Part shown: one piece after another, positions 1 to 8,291 of the stretch
Position numbering within the stretch: position 1 is the stretch's first letter
Layout of the letters: each line of letters opens with the position of its first letter
Assembly (NCBI GenBank): GCA_048233475.1
Contig: DBFANS010000036.1
Coordinates: 7,915-31,914, forward strand
Length of the DNA stretch: 24,000 bases
Origin: Collinsella aerofaciens
GTDB lineage: Bacteria > Actinomycetota > Coriobacteriia > Coriobacteriales > Coriobacteriaceae
Direction of reading: 5' to 3'
The notes under the pieces: generated by a model
Seen by the model: the letters and a program-made list of their open reading frames with translations, nothing else
Databases searched by the model: none
Told to the model about the DNA's origin: nothing
Made by a program: the position numbers and the translations under genes

Positions 1-924
1 CTGATCGACATTACCGAGTACTCCGAAGAGGACATCAAGCTCATCCTCGAGACCGCCAAGGCGTTCTCTGAGGTCAACGAGCGTGCGATCAAGAAGGTCC
101 CCACGCTCAAGGGTAAGACCATCGTCAACATGTTCAACGAGCCCTCGACGCGCACCCGTAGCTCCTTCGAGCTCGCCGAGAAGCGTCTTTCGGCCGACAG
201 CCTCAACTTTGGCGGCTCCTCGACCTCCACGGTCAAGGGCGAGAGCCTCGTCGACACCGTCGAGACCCTCAACGCCTATAAGATCGACTGCATCGTCGTG
301 CGCGATAAGCACGCCGGTGCTCCCTACATCGTCACGCAGAACTCGCCCGCGAGCGTCATCTGCGCCGGCGACGGCAAGCACAACCATCCCACGCAGGCCC
401 TGCTCGACCTGTACACCATCTGGGAGCACAAGGGTGACTTCCACGGTCTGAAGGTCGCTGTCGTCGGCGATATCGCGCACTCCCGTGTCTGCGGCTCGCT
501 GATTCCCGCCCTTAAGATCATGGGCTGCGAGACCTACGCCGTCGCCCCCGGCACGCTGTTGCCGCCGGCGCCCGAGGTCCTGGGCTGCGACCACGTGACG
601 AGCGACCTCGATTCCGTCCTGCCCGAGCTGGACGTCGTCTACATGCTGCGCGTGCAGCAGGAGCGCCTCGAGGGTGCCCCGTTCCCGACCATTCGTGAGT
701 ACCACAAGCTCTTCGGTCTGACCAAGGACCGCGAGAAGCTCATGAAGCCCGATGCGATCATCTGCCACCCGGGCCCCATCAACCGCGGCGTCGAGTTCGA
801 CTCCTATATGGCCGACCACCCGCAACGCTCCGTCATCCTGGAGCAGGTCTACGCCGGTATCTGCGTGCGTATGGCTATCCTGTATCTGCTGCTTGGAGGT
901 GCCGATAATGGCCTTGCTTCTTAA
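1..924 (+). CDS. pyrB: aspartate carbamoyltransferase catalytic subunit (5' end outside the window)
   Basis: Frame 1 is open from base 1 (LIDITEYSEEDIKLILETAKAF...). It carries the carbamoyl-phosphate motif STRTR (NMFNEPSTRTRSSFE), HPTQALLD and a C-terminal HPGPINRG. It is followed by pyrC in a pyr operon. Confidence 0.95.
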   Translation: MIDITEYSEEDIKLILETAKAFSEVNERAIKKVPTLKGKTIVNMFNEPSTRTRSSFELAEKRLSADSLNFGGSSTSTVKGESLVDTVETLNAYKIDCIVVRDKHAGAPYIVTQNSPASVICAGDGKHNHPTQALLDLYTIWEHKGDFHGLKVAVVGDIAHSRVCGSLIPALKIMGCETYAVAPGTLLPPAPEVLGCDHVTSDLDSVLPELDVVYMLRVQQERLEGAPFPTIREYHKLFGLTKDREKLMKPDAIICHPGPINRGVEFDSYMADHPQRSVILEQVYAGICVRMAILYLLLGGADNGLAS

Positions 925-2197
925 GAATGCCCACGTCGTCGACCCGTCCGTCGAGCTTGACGGTGTCGTTGACGTCCTGATTGACGGCGACAAGATCGCC
1001 GAGGTCGGCGAGAATCTCGCCGTCGAGGGAGCCGAGGTCCGCGACCTTTCCGGCAAGTACCTCGTCCCTGGCCTGGTGGATATGCACGTTCACCTTCGCG
1101 AGCCCGGCTACGAGGTCAAAGAGGACATCGAGAGCGGCACCCGCGCAGCTGCCAAGGGCGGCTTTACCGGCGTGTGCGCCATGCCCAACACCGATCCCGT
1201 CACCGATAACGGCACCGTCGTGGAGTTCGTCAAGTCCCGCGCTGCCGAGGTCGGTCACTGCCGCGTCTATCCGTCGGGCGCCATGACCCGCGGTCTTAAG
1301 GGCGAGGCCATGTCCGAGATGGGCGATATGGTCGCCCACGGCGCCGTCGCCTTCACCGACGACGGTCGCGGCGTGCAGGGCGCGGGTATGCTCCGTCGCT
1401 GCATGGACTACGGCAAGATGTTCGGCAAGGTCTTTATGAGCCATTGCCAGGACGAGGACCTGGTCGGCCACGGCCAGATCAACGAGGGCAAGGTCTCGAC
1501 CCGTCTGGCTCTCGAGGGCTGGCCGGCTGCCGGCGAGGAGCTCCAGATCGCCCGCGACATCGAGATCGCCAAGCTGACCGGTGCCAAGCTGCACATCCAG
1601 CACATCTCCACCGCTCACGGTCTCGAGCTCGTGCGTGCCGGTAAGGCCGCTGGCGTTCAGGTTACCTGCGAGGCCACCCCGCACCACATGTTCCTGACCG
1701 AGAACGACCTGGACGAGACCTACAACACCTCGCTCAAGGTCAACCCGCCGCTGCGTACCGAGGAGGATGCCGAGGCCATCCGTCAGGGCGTCATCGACGG
1801 CACCGTTGACGTTATCGTCACCGATCACGCTCCTCACACCCCGTGGGAGAAGGCCCGTGAGTTCGAGCTTGCGCCCTTTGGTATGATCGGCCTCGAGACC
1901 TCGCTGTCGCTCGTACTCACCGAGCTGGTCAACACGGGCAAGATGAGCATGGGCCGCATGGTCGAGCTCATGGCCATCAAGCCGCGTGAGATCCTGGGTC
2001 TCGACCAGGTTCAGGTCAAGGCGGGCTCCGTTGCCGACCTGACCGTGTTCGACCCCTCCGCAACCTGGACGGTTGGCGAGGACGGTTACGAGTCGCGCGC
2101 CGAGAACTCCGGTTTTGCCGGCCGCACGCTCACCGGTCGTGCCACCGATGTGTTTGTCGGCGGTAAGCAGACGCTTGCCGACGGCTGCATCTGCTAG
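908..2197 (+). CDS. pyrC: dihydroorotase
   Basis: ATG at 908 is preceded by GGAGGT (895-900) and overlaps the pyrB end by 17 nt. The product starts MALLLKNAHVVDP and carries the metal-binding motif DMHVHLREPG plus VTDHAPH. The track ORF start at 752 lies inside pyrB and was trimmed. Confidence 0.95.
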   Translation: MALLLKNAHVVDPSVELDGVVDVLIDGDKIAEVGENLAVEGAEVRDLSGKYLVPGLVDMHVHLREPGYEVKEDIESGTRAAAKGGFTGVCAMPNTDPVTDNGTVVEFVKSRAAEVGHCRVYPSGAMTRGLKGEAMSEMGDMVAHGAVAFTDDGRGVQGAGMLRRCMDYGKMFGKVFMSHCQDEDLVGHGQINEGKVSTRLALEGWPAAGEELQIARDIEIAKLTGAKLHIQHISTAHGLELVRAGKAAGVQVTCEATPHHMFLTENDLDETYNTSLKVNPPLRTEEDAEAIRQGVIDGTVDVIVTDHAPHTPWEKAREFELAPFGMIGLETSLSLVLTELVNTGKMSMGRMVELMAIKPREILGLDQVQVKAGSVADLTVFDPSATWTVGEDGYESRAENSGFAGRTLTGRATDVFVGGKQTLADGCIC

Positions 2198-2217
2198 CAT
2201 AGCCTTATCGCTTTTGT

Positions 2218-2250
2218 GCGCGGCGCCCTTGCGGTGCCGCGCTTTCTATT
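2218..2250 (+). terminator. terminator-like GC-rich hairpin plus T-tract between pyrC and pyrK
   Basis: GCGCGGCGCC (2218-2227) pairs with GGTGCCGCGC (2233-2242): 10 bp including one G-U, with a 5-nt loop CTTGC. TTTCTATT follows immediately. Confidence 0.5.
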
Positions 2251-2289
2251 AGTTTGGACCATGCAACCGCATGGGGGATTGGAGCGTCT

Positions 2290-3081
2290 ATGCCCACACC
2301 TTCCACTGCACGCATGCACGACTTCGAGGTCGTCTCGAACCGGGAGATTGCCGACGGCATCTTCTCGCTCGTCATCTCGGCCCCCAAGCTTGCAAGTGCG
2401 CTCAAGCCCGGTCAGTTTGTGAACATCGCCGTACCCGGCGATGCGTCCTCGCTGCTTCGCGTGCCCCTGAGCTACTACCGCGCCGACGCCGAGGCCGGCA
2501 CCGTCGAGCTGTGGTACGCCGTCGTGGGCGACGATACCCGTCGTTTGTCCCAGATGGGCTCTGGCTCCACCTCTAACCTGCTGGGCCCCGGTGGCCGTGG
2601 CTGGATGGTACCCGAGGGCACCAGGAAGGCCCTGCTCGTCGCCGGTGGCATCGGTGTTCCGCCCGTGCTGTGCCTTGCCGACAAGCTTTCCGAGCAGGGT
2701 GTGGCCGTCGACGTGTGCCTGGGCTTTGGCACCGCGTCCAAGGCCGTGGGTGTCGATGAGTTCCGCGCGCTGGGCGCCACGGTCAACGTTTGCACCGATG
2801 ATGGCACGCTGGGCACGCACGGTTTTTGCACCGACCCGGCAGCCGAGCTGCTCGGCGAGGGCGGCTACGACTATGTGGCCAGCTGCGGCCCCGCTGTCAT
2901 GATGAAGAAAGTCGCCGCCGCTGCCGCCGAGGCCGGTGCGTACTGCGAGGTGTCGCTTGAGCGCATGATGAGCTGTGGCTTTGGCGCCTGCAACACCTGC
3001 AATGTCGAGACGGTCGACGGTATGAAGGGTGCTTGCATGTGCGGCCCCGTGTTCGATGCTTCCAAGGTGGTGGTCTTCTAG
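2290..3081 (+). CDS. pyrK: dihydroorotate dehydrogenase (class 1B) electron-transfer subunit
   Basis: ATG at 2290 follows GGAG (2281-2284). The N-terminus resembles a ferredoxin-reductase fold (FEVVSNREIADGIF...PGQFVNI). A C-terminal 2Fe-2S Cys cluster is present (CGFGACNTCNV...GACMCGP). The gene sits immediately upstream of pyrD. Confidence 0.9.
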   Translation: MPTPSTARMHDFEVVSNREIADGIFSLVISAPKLASALKPGQFVNIAVPGDASSLLRVPLSYYRADAEAGTVELWYAVVGDDTRRLSQMGSGSTSNLLGPGGRGWMVPEGTRKALLVAGGIGVPPVLCLADKLSEQGVAVDVCLGFGTASKAVGVDEFRALGATVNVCTDDGTLGTHGFCTDPAAELLGEGGYDYVASCGPAVMMKKVAAAAAEAGAYCEVSLERMMSCGFGACNTCNVETVDGMKGACMCGPVFDASKVVVF

Positions 3082-4004
3082 TGGGTACCGTGAACATGGC
3101 CGTCGATTTCGGCGGCGTCAAGATGCAGAACCCCATCAACACCGCAGCCGGTACCTTTGGCTACGGTTGGCAGTTCCAGAACTTCTTTGATGTTTCCCAG
3201 CTGGGCGCCATCACCACCAAGGGTTGCGCTGCCGAGCCCTGGCCCGGCAATCCCGCGCCCCGCATGGCTGAGATTCCCGGCGGTATGATCAACTCCGTGG
3301 GCCTTCAGAACCCCGGCGTGGCTGCCTTTGCCCGCGAGTCCGGTCCGTGGCTCGAACAGCTGTCCAAGGACGGCTGCCAGGTCATCTGTCAGGTTGCCGG
3401 CCACTCCGTTGACGAGTTTGTCCGCGCGCTCGAGATGTATGTCGAGCTGTGCCCCTGGGCTGCCGGCTACGAGATCAACGTGAGCTGCCCTAATATCGCC
3501 GCCGGCGGTGCCGCCATGGGCTCTACGCCCGAGGGCGCCTCATCCGTTATGGCTGCCTGCCGCAAGGTGACCGATAAGCCGCTGTTCGTGAAGATGGCGC
3601 CGGTCAACGTCGCCGAGATTGCCAAGGCCCTCGAGGCTGCCGGCGCCGACGGCCTTTCGGTCATCAACTCCATTCAGGGCATGGCCATCGACGTCCATAC
3701 CCGCAAGTCCCGCGTGGCCAAGCCCAAGGGCGGCCTTTCGGGCCCGCTGTGCCACCACATCGCCGTGCGCATGGTCTGGGAGGTTGCCCAGGCCGTCGAT
3801 ATCCCCATCAACGGCGTCGGCGGTGTCATGACCGGCGAGGATGCGGCCGAGTTTATCCTGGCCGGCGCCACCTGCGTGTCGGTCGGCATGGCCAACTTCG
3901 TCGATCCGTGCGCTTCGCTCAAGATCGCGCACGAGCTCGAGGCCTGGGCTGAGTCCCAAGGCGTGAAGGACATCAACGAACTGGTAGGTGCTTTCGAATG
4001 CTAG
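3081..4004 (+). CDS. pyrD: dihydroorotate dehydrogenase class 1B catalytic subunit
   Basis: Motifs NPINTAAGTFGYG, GLQNPG and EINVSCPN (catalytic Cys) are present. The start is ambiguous. GTG at 3081 overlaps the pyrK TAG and follows AAGGTGGTGG. ATG at 3096 (MAVDFGGVKMQNPI) fits the homologue length equally well. Confidence 0.92.
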   Translation: MGTVNMAVDFGGVKMQNPINTAAGTFGYGWQFQNFFDVSQLGAITTKGCAAEPWPGNPAPRMAEIPGGMINSVGLQNPGVAAFARESGPWLEQLSKDGCQVICQVAGHSVDEFVRALEMYVELCPWAAGYEINVSCPNIAAGGAAMGSTPEGASSVMAACRKVTDKPLFVKMAPVNVAEIAKALEAAGADGLSVINSIQGMAIDVHTRKSRVAKPKGGLSGPLCHHIAVRMVWEVAQAVDIPINGVGGVMTGEDAAEFILAGATCVSVGMANFVDPCASLKIAHELEAWAESQGVKDINELVGAFEC

Positions 4005-4714
4005 AGACCGATGCCCGCGACCGCGTAATCGTCGCTCTCGACTGCGACCGCGAGCGTGCGCTCGAGCTTGCCCACGAGCTTTCGGGCCATGCCGCCTGGC
4101 TTAAGGTTGGTATGACGCTCTATTACGCTGAGGGCCCCGAGATCGTCAAGACCTTTAAGGACCTGGGCTTTAAGGTCTTCCTTGACCTTAAGTTCCATGA
4201 TATTCCGCATCAGGTTCGCGGTGCCGCCCGTTCGGCCTCGCTTGCCGGTGCCGACCTGCTCTCGGTTCACGGCTTGGGTTCGGGCGCCATGCTCGCTGCC
4301 TGCCGCGAGGGTGCCGAGGAGGCGCGCGAGGACCGCGCCAAGCTCGTCGCCATCACCGTGCTCACGAGCATGAATCAGGATGCCTTGAGCGAGATTGGCG
4401 TCGAGTCGCCGGTGGCCGAGGAGGCCGCCCGCCTGGCAAAGCTCGCTCAGGCCAACGGCATCGATGGCATCGTGTGCTCGCCGATGGAGGCTCACGACAT
4501 GCGTGAGCTGCTGGGTCCTGATGCCCTGATCGTGACTCCGGGTGTGCGTCCGGTGGGTGCCGCCTTAGGCGACCAGTCCCGCGTGGCGACGCCTTCCCAG
4601 GCTATCGAGCGTGGCGCAAGCCACATTGTGGTGGGCCGTCCCATCACCGGCGCCGACGATCCGGTTGCCGCCTTTGACGCCATTGTCGCCGAGCTGGTCG
4701 AAAACATCGCGTAA
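3998..4714 (+). CDS. pyrF: orotidine 5'-phosphate decarboxylase
   Basis: ATG overlaps the pyrD stop (ATGCTAG). Motifs VIVALD and DLKFHDIP (catalytic Lys) and a C-terminal VVGRPI are present. Confidence 0.95.
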   Translation: MLETDARDRVIVALDCDRERALELAHELSGHAAWLKVGMTLYYAEGPEIVKTFKDLGFKVFLDLKFHDIPHQVRGAARSASLAGADLLSVHGLGSGAMLAACREGAEEAREDRAKLVAITVLTSMNQDALSEIGVESPVAEEAARLAKLAQANGIDGIVCSPMEAHDMRELLGPDALIVTPGVRPVGAALGDQSRVATPSQAIERGASHIVVGRPITGADDPVAAFDAIVAELVENIA

Positions 4715-4759
4715 AAGATTCCCCTAAGTCACCACTTTTGGGTCTCATTAGCACAAAAT

Positions 4760-4817
4760 AGCCCCTGTGCCTGCGTAAACTTTCCCATCCTTTGTGTGGA
4801 ATCGCAGGTCAGGGGCT
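4760..4817 (+). other. long imperfect inverted repeat (stem-loop) in the pyrF-mihF intergenic region
   Basis: AGCCCCTG-TG-CCTGCG (4760-4775) pairs with CGCAGG-T-CAGGGGCT (4803-4817): 8+6 bp with a small internal bulge and a 27-nt loop. TAACTTT follows. The loop is too large for a canonical intrinsic terminator. Confidence 0.3.
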
Positions 4818-4900
4818 TAACTTTGGGCGCAGTATATTGCACTTTTTGCGGGTATCGTCTAACCTATGGAGCCGCGATTGGGTATTTTGTACGTTCTACG

Positions 4901-4909
4901 TGCTAAAAT
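4901..4909 (+). promoter_or_regulatory. candidate extended -10 promoter element (TGcTAAAAT) for the mihF-gmk-rpoZ-thiI unit
   Basis: TGC+TAAAAT lies 45 nt upstream of the mihF ATG in an AT-rich 239-bp intergenic region. No good -35 element is present. Confidence 0.35.
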
Positions 4910-4953
4910 GCCAATTATTGAATCAGATATAACCCAACTATTTGGAGGTACGA

Positions 4954-5262
4954 ATGGCACTCCCTCAGCTTACCGATGAGCAGCGCAAGCAGGCTCTTGA
5001 GAAGGCTGCTGCCGCACGTCACGCTCGCGCCGAGCTTCGCGAGCAGATCAAGAAGGGCGAGAAGCCCCTCGAGTCCGTGCTCAACTCCGATGACCCCATC
5101 GCTTCCCGCATGAAGGTTTCCACCCTCATCGAGTCTCTTCCTGGTTATGGTAAGGCCAAGGCCGCCAAGATCATGGAGGAGCTTGGTATCTCCGCTACCC
5201 GTCGCGTCCAGGGCCTCGGCGTCCGTCAGCGCGAGCAGCTCCTCGAGCAGCTGACCAAATAA
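4954..5262 (+). CDS. mihF: actinobacterial integration host factor (mIHF/sIHF family nucleoid protein)
   Basis: ATG at 4954 follows GGAGGT (4944-4949). The product MALPQLTDEQRKQALEKAAAARHARAELREQIKKGE...RMKVSTLIESLPGYGKAKAAKIMEELGISATRRVQGLG closely resembles my recollection of mycobacterial mIHF. The mihF-gmk-rpoZ order is conserved. Confidence 0.85.
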   Translation: MALPQLTDEQRKQALEKAAAARHARAELREQIKKGEKPLESVLNSDDPIASRMKVSTLIESLPGYGKAKAAKIMEELGISATRRVQGLGVRQREQLLEQLTK

Positions 5263-5832
5263 GTGAGCGCTCAGGATTCCAAGCTCTTTGTGATTTCTGG
5301 ACCGTCAGGCGCAGGGAAGGGTACGCTCGTCACTCGTGTGCGCGAGCGCCGCTCGAACCTGGGCCTGACGGTTTCGGCTACCACGCGAGCACCACGCAAA
5401 GGTGAGGTCGACGGCGTCAACTACTTTTTTCTGACGCGCGAGGAGTTCGACCGCCGCGTGGCAAACGGTGAGTTTGTTGAGTGGGCCGAGGTCCACGGTA
5501 ACTGCTACGGCACGTTGGTGAGCGAGGTCACATCCAAGCTCGCCTCTGGCGCATCTCTGATTTTGGAGATCGATGTCCAGGGCGCCCTGCAGGTGAAGGA
5601 GCGTTTCCCCGAGGCCGTGTTGATCTTTATCAAGCCGCCTTCGCTTGAGGTACTCCGCGAGCGCCTGGTCGGTCGCGGTACCGAGACGCCCGAGACGATT
5701 GAGCTGCGTATGGCAAACGCCGCCGATGAGCTTGCCCTTGCCGACCGCTACGACGACGTCGTGGTTAATGACGATCTCGACCGCGCGACCGATGAGCTCG
5801 TTCGCGTTCTCGATATGCATGAAAGGATCTGA
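5263..5832 (+). CDS. gmk: guanylate kinase
   Basis: GTG start directly follows the mihF TAA. P-loop ISGPSGAGKGTL is present, and YFFLTREEF...GEFVEWAEVHGNCYGT is typical of Gmk. Confidence 0.95.
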   Translation: MSAQDSKLFVISGPSGAGKGTLVTRVRERRSNLGLTVSATTRAPRKGEVDGVNYFFLTREEFDRRVANGEFVEWAEVHGNCYGTLVSEVTSKLASGASLILEIDVQGALQVKERFPEAVLIFIKPPSLEVLRERLVGRGTETPETIELRMANAADELALADRYDDVVVNDDLDRATDELVRVLDMHERI

Positions 5833-5837
5833 GGTCC

Positions 5838-6119
5838 GTGTCCGTTGTAAAGCCTTGCATTGACGATCTTCTGGAGAAGACCGATCACAACCGCTTCCTG
5901 CTCGCTTCGCTTGCCTCCAAGCGCGCCTGCGACATTAACAGCATGCTGCGTGGCCAGCACAACCGCGTGCTTGCCGTCCAGGATGTCGATGACATCACCA
6001 TCGGGCTTTCCGGTGCCGATACCATTTCGATGGCTATGGACGAGATTGTCGACGGCGACATCTCTTACGACGAGGCCCGTTACGAGAAGGCGCTCGGCCA
6101 CAAGGTTGCTGAAGCCTAA
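5838..6119 (+). CDS. rpoZ: DNA-directed RNA polymerase subunit omega
   Basis: The product is 93 aa. The N-terminus PCIDDLLEKTDHNRFLLASLASKRA matches the omega signature, and the gene is syntenic downstream of gmk. Confidence 0.9.
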   Translation: MSVVKPCIDDLLEKTDHNRFLLASLASKRACDINSMLRGQHNRVLAVQDVDDITIGLSGADTISMAMDEIVDGDISYDEARYEKALGHKVAEA

Positions 6120-7364
6120 ATGGCGGCTCGCGTCTGCCTGGTCCACTATCACGAGGTTGGACTGAAGGGTAAGAACCGCGCACATTTTGAGCATATCCTC
6201 ATGGATAACATCAAGGCGGCCTTGGCCGCCTTTTCCGTGAATGCCGTGTCTCGAATTTCCGGTTATATCCTCGTGACCTTTAACGAGCATCAGGCCGATG
6301 AGGCGGCGCGTGTCATTCGCACCGTTCCCGGCGTTGCACGTGTGTCTTTGGCGTATCACACCAACCGCGACTCGCAGGAGTACTGCGCCGCCGCCGTGAA
6401 GGCGCTGCGCGAGTTTGGTTCCTTCGATTCTTTTAAGGTGCACGCCAAGCGCTCCAATACTGACTATGAGCTTACCTCGATTGACATCAATCGTCAGGTG
6501 GGTGAGGTGCTGTGTGAGGCCTTCCCCGATAAAAAGGTTCAAATGCACGACCCCGATGCGATGGTGCACGTACTGGTGGTCCAGGGTAGCGTTTATGTGT
6601 ACGCGCGCTCCGAGCGCGGCGTGGGCGGTCTGCCGGTGGGTTCTGCCGGCAAGGTCGTGACGCTGCTGTCGTCGGGTATCGATTCTCCGGTGGCGACCTG
6701 GATGCTCGCGCGTCGCGGCGCGGTGTGCGTGCCGGTACATTTCTCTGGTCGTCCGCAGACGCCCGATACGAGTGAGTATCTGGTGCAGGACATCATCCGT
6801 GCGCTTGAGCCGGGTGTCCAGATCGGCCGCCTGTACGTGGTGCCGTTTGGCGACTGCCAGCGTGAGATTTCGGTCACCTGTCCCAGCAACCTGCGCGTGA
6901 TCATGTATCGCCGCATTATGTATTCGGTTGCCGAGCGCATTGCACACATCGAGGGCGCCAAGGCCATCGTGACGGGCGAATCGCTTGGACAGGTTGCCTC
7001 CCAAACGCTTGAGAATATCATGGCCGTCAACGAGGCCGTGAAGATCCCCGTGTTCCGTCCTCTCATCGGTTCGGACAAGCAGGAGATCATTGCGCGTGCC
7101 GAGGAGATCGGTACGTTCGATATCTCGACTGAGGCCGCTCCCGACTGCTGCACGCTGTTTATGCCGCGCCGTCCCGAGACGCACGCTAAACTCGATGCCG
7201 TGCATGAGGCCTGGGAGTTGTTCGATCATGAGGAGATGATCGAGCGCCTGCTCAAGCAGACCGAGTACATCGACTTCGAGAGCAACACGTATAAGGCCCC
7301 TAAGACCTTAAAACGCAAACATTCGGAGCTTGCTCCGCGTGAGATTTACCAAGATCACGAGTAA
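6120..7364 (+). CDS. thiI: tRNA 4-thiouridine(8) synthase / sulfur carrier ThiI (short form without rhodanese domain)
   Basis: ATG abuts the rpoZ TAA. The N-terminus is ferredoxin-like/THUMP-like (HYHEVGLKGKNRAHFE). PP-loop LLSSGIDSPVATWMLARRG is present, and a downstream GESLGQVASQT motif. Confidence 0.9.
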   Translation: MAARVCLVHYHEVGLKGKNRAHFEHILMDNIKAALAAFSVNAVSRISGYILVTFNEHQADEAARVIRTVPGVARVSLAYHTNRDSQEYCAAAVKALREFGSFDSFKVHAKRSNTDYELTSIDINRQVGEVLCEAFPDKKVQMHDPDAMVHVLVVQGSVYVYARSERGVGGLPVGSAGKVVTLLSSGIDSPVATWMLARRGAVCVPVHFSGRPQTPDTSEYLVQDIIRALEPGVQIGRLYVVPFGDCQREISVTCPSNLRVIMYRRIMYSVAERIAHIEGAKAIVTGESLGQVASQTLENIMAVNEAVKIPVFRPLIGSDKQEIIARAEEIGTFDISTEAAPDCCTLFMPRRPETHAKLDAVHEAWELFDHEEMIERLLKQTEYIDFESNTYKAPKTLKRKHSELAPREIYQDHE

Positions 7365-7374
7365 TTTTGTGCAT

Positions 7375-7410
7375 AGACCGACGATGCGCCTGCATCGTCG
7401 GTCTTTTTCT
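7375..7410 (+). terminator. rho-independent terminator after thiI
   Basis: A perfect 13-bp stem, AGACCGACGATGC (7375-7387) with GCATCGTCGGTCT (7392-7404), has a 4-nt loop GCCT and is followed by TTTTTCT. Confidence 0.9.
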
Positions 7411-7508
7411 ATCTGGGCATTTTGCGGCTAAGTGTCCATTTGCTGACGTGTGGCTGAATAAATGGACAGATTTGTGCAAGGTTTTGGTCGGTTTTTGGTT
7501 TGACCGCT

Positions 7509-7520
7509 AAAACCGGTTTT
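7509..7520. repeat. perfect 12-bp palindrome AAAACCGGTTTT, flanked by GGTTTTGG-type direct repeats; candidate operator upstream of comEA
   Basis: AAAACCGGTTTT at 7509-7520 is self-complementary. GGTTTTGG occurs at 7480-7487 and 7515-7522, and GGTTTTTGG at 7490-7498. The palindrome lies 58 nt upstream of the comEA ATG. Confidence 0.3.
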
Positions 7521-7577
7521 GGAGCGTGGCTGTTGCGGAGCTCCCTTCCTGACACGATGGTGTTGGGAGGTTTTGCT

Positions 7578-8291
7578 ATGGCGCAGCGCGAACAACACGA
7601 ACGGGTCAAAAAGATGGACCGCTGGGCGGACAAGCTGCTCGGTCACAAGGCAGTGGTGATGGCGATACTGGTCGTCATTGCGATGGCGAGCGGCTTGGCG
7701 ATGGCGAACCTTGGCGGCGGTACTGGCGGCGTGTCGTTTGAGCGCACTGATGGTTCGGGCTCGTTAGTGGAGCCGGGATCCGGCGATGCCTCGAGCGGAA
7801 AGACATCCGAAGGCTCTTCGTCTAAGGCGTCTGCCGCGGCAGAGGTTTATGTCGATGTTGATGGTGCCGTTGTGTCGCCCGGTGTATATCGCGTCAAGGA
7901 CGGCGCGCGGGTGGCTCAGGCGATAGATGCCGCCGGCGGGCTGGCGCCCGAGGCAGACGTTACGGGGCTCAATCGGGCATCCAAGGTCGTCGATGGGCAG
8001 AAGATTCACGTTCCAACGGTGGGGGAGCAGCAGGCGTCCATTGCGGAAGCCGGTGTTGATGGTGGGGCTTCCGCATCATTGGGCGTGAGTGGCGCAACGG
8101 GCCTAGTCAACATCAATACGGCAAGCGCGGCAGAGCTGCAGACGCTCTCGGGCATCGGTCCCTCCGTGGCACAGTCGATTATCGATGAGCGTACAAAGAA
8201 CGGTGCTTTTGCCTCGGTTGACGATCTGATGCGTGTGTCGGGAATCGGCGAGAAGAAGCTTGCCAAAATCAAAGACTGCATCTGCGTATGA
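7578..8291 (+). CDS. comEA: competence protein ComEA (membrane-anchored DNA receptor)
   Basis: ATG at 7578 follows GGGAGG (7565-7570). An N-terminal TM segment is present (AVVMAILVVIAMASGLAMA), followed by a low-complexity linker. An SLBB-like region (VYVDVDGAVVSPGVYRV) precedes C-terminal tandem helix-hairpin-helix motifs (LQTLSGIGPSVAQSII, LMRVSGIGEKKLAKI). Confidence 0.87.
   Translation: MAQREQHERVKKMDRWADKLLGHKAVVMAILVVIAMASGLAMANLGGGTGGVSFERTDGSGSLVEPGSGDASSGKTSEGSSSKASAAAEVYVDVDGAVVSPGVYRVKDGARVAQAIDAAGGLAPEADVTGLNRASKVVDGQKIHVPTVGEQQASIAEAGVDGGASASLGVSGATGLVNINTASAAELQTLSGIGPSVAQSIIDERTKNGAFASVDDLMRVSGIGEKKLAKIKDCICV

Noticed and set aside
83-451. Alternate-frame + strand ORFs nested in real genes (for example 83..451, 981..1286, 8911..9402, 9712..10110, 16322..16951, 22967..23500).
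   Set aside because: The translations are Arg/Pro/Ser/Ala-rich and typical of off-frame reading of GC-rich genes. They have no SD-supported starts and overlap motif-bearing CDSs entirely.
752-907. N-terminal extensions implied by the track's longest-ORF starts (752 for pyrC, 2254 for pyrK, 3033 for pyrD, 4942 for mihF, 7500 for comEA, 10628 for holA, 11697 for rpsT, 12069 for lepA, 14931 for hemW, 16261 for the J-protein, 17401 for dnaJ, 19793 for phoH).
   Set aside because: The extensions run through the upstream gene, a terminator hairpin or the promoter region, and they lack an SD sequence. In each case a downstream start has a good SD at 5-10 nt and gives the N-terminus expected from homologues.
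4748-4909. CIRCE-like half-sites: TTAGCAC at 4748-4754 and GTGCTAA at 4900-4906.
   Set aside because: The two halves are about 145 bp apart rather than separated by 9 nt. Neither has a partner half-site at the correct spacing, and they are not upstream of chaperone genes. They are a chance match, and the second is better explained as part of an extended -10 element.
4866-4979. A 37-codon small ORF (MEPRLGILYVLRAKMPIIESDITQLFGGTNGTPSAYR) in the pyrF-mihF spacer that overlaps the mihF start.
   Set aside because: It has no SD. Its AT-rich codon usage is unlike the rest of the window. It runs across the mihF ribosome-binding site and start codon in another frame. Nothing supports it as a gene.
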